DNA of 63,802 nucleotides, filler included, from Lama guanicoe (Eukaryota): assembly GCA_013239625.1 (NCBI GenBank). It is 99 parts of 99 records of this genome, joined end to end, with 100 filler letters (N's around TTAATTAATTAA, not from the genome) between each part and the next. Parts side by side here need not be neighbours in the genome. Positions count along the whole stretch, not along the records: positions 63,037 to 63,802 come from PNXV01027648.1; 98 more parts are not named here. One strand, written 5' to 3'. The notes below the pieces were generated by a model. That model saw only the letters and a list, made by a program, of their open reading frames with translations, ran no database searches and was not told the origin of the DNA. This document shows positions 63,037 to 63,802 of this stretch, piece by piece. The first letter of the stretch is position 1, and each line of letters begins with the position of its first letter. The translations under genes were made by a program, and so were the position numbers.

Positions 63037-63802
63037 GTGTTCTACATTCTATATTCTAAATTCTATATTCAGTATTATGTAATGTTTATTCTAAATTCAA
63101 AGTTCTGCATTCCATGTTCTAAATTCTGTGTTGTATATTCTTTATTCAATATTCTATATTTTGTATTCTTCATTCTATATTCTACATTCTATATTCTGCA
63201 TTCCGTATTCTTTTTTCTATATTCTGTTTTCTACATTCTCTATTCTAAATTCTATTTTCAGTATTCTGTATTCTATATTCTAAATTTTATTTTCAGTATT
63301 CTGTATTCTATATTCTAAATTTTATTTTCAGTATTCTGTATTCTATATTCTAAATTTTATTTTCAGTATTCTGTATTCTATATTCTAAATTTTATTTTCA
63401 GTATTCTGTATTCTATATTCTAAATTTTATTTTCAGTATTCTGTATTCTATATTCTAAATTTTATTTTCAGTATTCTGTATTCTATATTCTAAATTTTAT
63501 TTTCAGTATTCTGTATTCTATATTGTAAATTCTGTGTTCTGCATTCCATGTTCTAAATTCTGGTTTGTGTATTCTTTTTTCCGTGTTCTATATTCTGTGT
63601 TCTATATTCAATTTTATGTATTCCACATTCTACATTCCCTATTCTATATTCTATATTCTGTGTTCTACATTCCATATTCTAAATTCTATATGCACTATTC
63701 AGTATTCTATATTCTAAATAACGTGTTCTGCATTCCATGTTCTAAATTCTGGTTTGTGTATTCTTTTTTCCGTGTTCTATATTCTGTGTTCTATATTCAA
63801 TT
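63037..63802. repeat. AT-rich heptamer satellite with near-perfect 35-bp array x ~8 (63241-63523) and a 189-bp duplication
   Basis: TTTCAGTATTCTG every 35 bp from 63256 to 63501; GCATTCCATGTTCTAAATTCTGGTTTGTG at 63541 and 63730. Confidence 0.95.

Noticed and set aside
1..63802. A novel multi-component biological system spanning fragments
   Set aside because: Fragments are unlinked, and none contains more than a single exon or repeat piece

Overview
This window is not contiguous genome. It is an artificial concatenation of about 99 short fragments (~200-980 bp each) joined by an identical 100-bp linker (44 N + TTAATTAATTAA + 44 N), so adjacency between fragments has no biological meaning. The DNA is mammalian and very probably camelid (alpaca/llama/camel): it contains a tRNA-derived Vic-1-like SINE and L1 3' tails of the type I recognise from camelids. 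Content is dominated by satellite DNA: a 267-bp GC-rich family with two subtypes and a diverged ~261-bp relative, a ~250-bp family with a ~245-bp relative, an AT-rich heptamer-based family with higher-order units, a 104-bp family and a CT-rich ~33-bp family. The rest is mainly L1/L2/MIR/LTR fragments. Two protein-coding remnants are recognisable: a diverged TRAPPC9 first-coding-exon copy that keeps its splice acceptor, and the B30.2 (PRY-SPRY) exon of a butyrophilin-like gene with its upstream intron. Most ORFs in the supplied track are artefacts of repeats. I found no supportable multi-gene novel system. The best leads are the satellite architecture, the TRAPPC9-like copy, two uncharacterised multi-copy sequences and a few candidate exons.
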